In this document: piece by piece, positions 54,195-55,438 of the stretch
Position numbering within the stretch: the stretch's first letter is position 1
Layout of the letters: each line of letters starts with the position of its first letter
Assembly: GCA_029006015.1 (NCBI GenBank)
Contig: JAQXFY010000148.1
Location: 1-55,438 of the forward strand
DNA from: a bacterium
GTDB taxonomy: Bacteria; Bacillota; Clostridia; Christensenellales; SUG1161
Length of the DNA stretch: 55,438 bases
Direction: 5' to 3'
Made by a program: the position numbers and the translations under genes
Notes under the pieces: model-generated
Seen by the model: the letters and a program-made list of their open reading frames with translations, nothing else
Database searches by the model: none
What the model was told of the DNA's origin: nothing

Positions 54195-55438
54195 ATGGGT
54201 AAGGGCCTTCACATCCATGCGTTGGATAATGTCACCGTTGCGCTGGAGGCGGCGCCCGCGGGTACGGTGCTGGATGGCGTCACCGCCGTGCAGGATATTC
54301 CCGCCGGCCACAAGATGGCCTCGCGCGATATCGCCAAGGGCGAATATATCATAAAATATGGCAACCCCATCGGCAGGGCGACGCAGGACATTCGCGCGGG
54401 CGAATGGGTGCACACCCACAACCTGCATACCGCGCTGGGCGGCGCGCATGAATATACCTACACGCCGGATTTTACCGGCGCGCCGCAGCCGGCAAAGGAT
54501 GAGCGCACGTTTGACGGTTACCTGCGCGCGGACGGGCGCGTGGGCATCCGCAACGAGTTGTGGATCGTGCCTACGGTGGGCTGCGTCAACCGCCTGTGCG
54601 AGCGGCTGGCCCATATGGCCCAAAAGCGTTATGCCGGCAAGATCGATGGCGCTTATGCCTGGGTACACCCGTATGGCTGCTCCCAGCTGGGCGACGATCA
54701 TAAGCAGACCCAGCGCCTGCTGGCTGCGCTGTGCCACCATCCCAACGCCGGCGGCGTGCTGATCGTCGGGCTGGGGTGCGAAAACAACACCATGGAGCAG
54801 TTTTTAAATGTCCTCGGCCCGGTGGATGAAAGCCGCGTCAAGGCCATTATCGCCCAGGATGTCGATGACGAGGTGGCCGGCGCGCTGGAGCGCATGGATG
54901 CCATTGTGGAGCAAATGCAGCACGATGTGCGCACGCCCCAGGGGCTGGATAAGCTGGTGCTCGGCCTCAAGTGCGGCGGCTCCGATGGTTTTTCCGGCCT
55001 GACGGGCAATCCGCTGGTTGGCGCCGTCAGTGATTTTCTGATTGCCCGCGGCGGCAGCACGGTGCTAAGCGAGGTGCCGGAGATGTTTGGTGCGGAGCAT
55101 CTTTTGATGCAGCGCGCCCAATCGCCGGAGGTGTTTGAGCGCCTGGTGCACCTGATTAACGATTTTAAGGATTATTACGAGCGCAACGGCCAGGTGGTGT
55201 ATGAAAACCCCTCCCCCGGCAACAAGGAAGGCGGCATCACCACGCTGGAGGAAAAATCCCTGGGCTGCACGCAAAAGGGCGGGCTGGCCCCGGTGGTCGA
55301 TGTGATCGGCTATGGCGAGCGCATCCGCAAGACGGGCTTTACGCTTGTCAACGGCCCGGGCAACGATATCGTCTGCTGCACGGTGCTGGCGGCGGCGGGC
55401 GCGCAGATGGTGCTGTTTACCACCGGCCGCGGCAACCC
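54195..55438 (+). CDS. uxaA: Altronate dehydratase, 3'-truncated by the window edge
   Basis: Absent from the ORF track because it has no stop in the window. From ATG 54195 it reads MGKGLHIHALDNVTVAL...IPAGHKMA...GYLRADGRVGIRNELWIVPTVGCVN...HPYGCSQLGDD...GLGCENN... Confidence 0.88.
   Translation, partial: MGKGLHIHALDNVTVALEAAPAGTVLDGVTAVQDIPAGHKMASRDIAKGEYIIKYGNPIGRATQDIRAGEWVHTHNLHTALGGAHEYTYTPDFTGAPQPAKDERTFDGYLRADGRVGIRNELWIVPTVGCVNRLCERLAHMAQKRYAGKIDGAYAWVHPYGCSQLGDDHKQTQRLLAALCHHPNAGGVLIVGLGCENNTMEQFLNVLGPVDESRVKAIIAQDVDDEVAGALERMDAIVEQMQHDVRTPQGLDKLVLGLKCGGSDGFSGLTGNPLVGAVSDFLIARGGSTVLSEVPEMFGAEHLLMQRAQSPEVFERLVHLINDFKDYYERNGQVVYENPSPGNKEGGITTLEEKSLGCTQKGGLAPVVDVIGYGERIRKTGFTLVNGPGNDIVCCTVLAAAGAQMVLFTTGRGN

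Overview
55.4-kb GC-rich chromosomal segment (about 60% GC by eye, not computed). The signals are Firmicutes/Clostridia-type: AGGAGG ribosome-binding sites, T-box leaders, and the smpB-ssrA and rpsF-ssb-rpsR arrangements. Content is mostly core and metabolic. I call about 50 protein genes, one tmRNA and two T-box riboswitches, plus many intrinsic terminators and sigma-A-like promoters. No rRNA, tRNA, CRISPR array, transposase or integrase is visible.

Gene order:
- Small orphan genes next to ssrA, then smpB.
- A cytoplasmic GH42-like hydrolase.
- MarR plus a fused MacB-type ABC transporter.
- A NatAB-like ABC-2 pair.
- A low-GC PNPOx-family gene, then ddh.
- A signal-peptide-less glycan set: BNR propeller, heparinase II/III-like protein, SIS protein.
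- An archaeal-type homocysteine cluster (DUF39, NIL-ferredoxin, UPF0280).
- rpsF-ssb-rpsR, then T-box-proS, a GNAT gene and a GH2 beta-galactosidase.
- An orphan 170-aa gene behind a perfect 33-bp palindrome, then a Trp T-box controlling a stand-alone trpB2.
- A frameshifted DUF4177 gene and two zinc-ribbon membrane proteins.
- A 720-nt non-coding stretch carrying a repeat that is also found at 9.5 kb.
- An AAC(3)-like gene, a TauE gene and a lower-GC ABC-2 pair.
- URO-D-family and Gfo/Idh/MocA genes, then MBL, VOC, Usp and pgi.
- A four-gene envelope ABC machine: lipoprotein adaptor, 983-aa double-FtsX permease and two different ATPases, one with an AbrB-like tail.
- A GH4 gene with uxaB and uxaA.

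The least explained items are the palindrome-guarded orphan gene (28.2 kb), the heterodimeric-ATPase FtsX/MFP system with its 6-codon leader ORF (43.8-49.6 kb), the dispersed structured repeat (9.5 and 32.6 kb), and several AT-rich perfect inverted repeats sitting on promoters. Many long ORFs in the six-frame track are GC-driven shadow frames and were not called.
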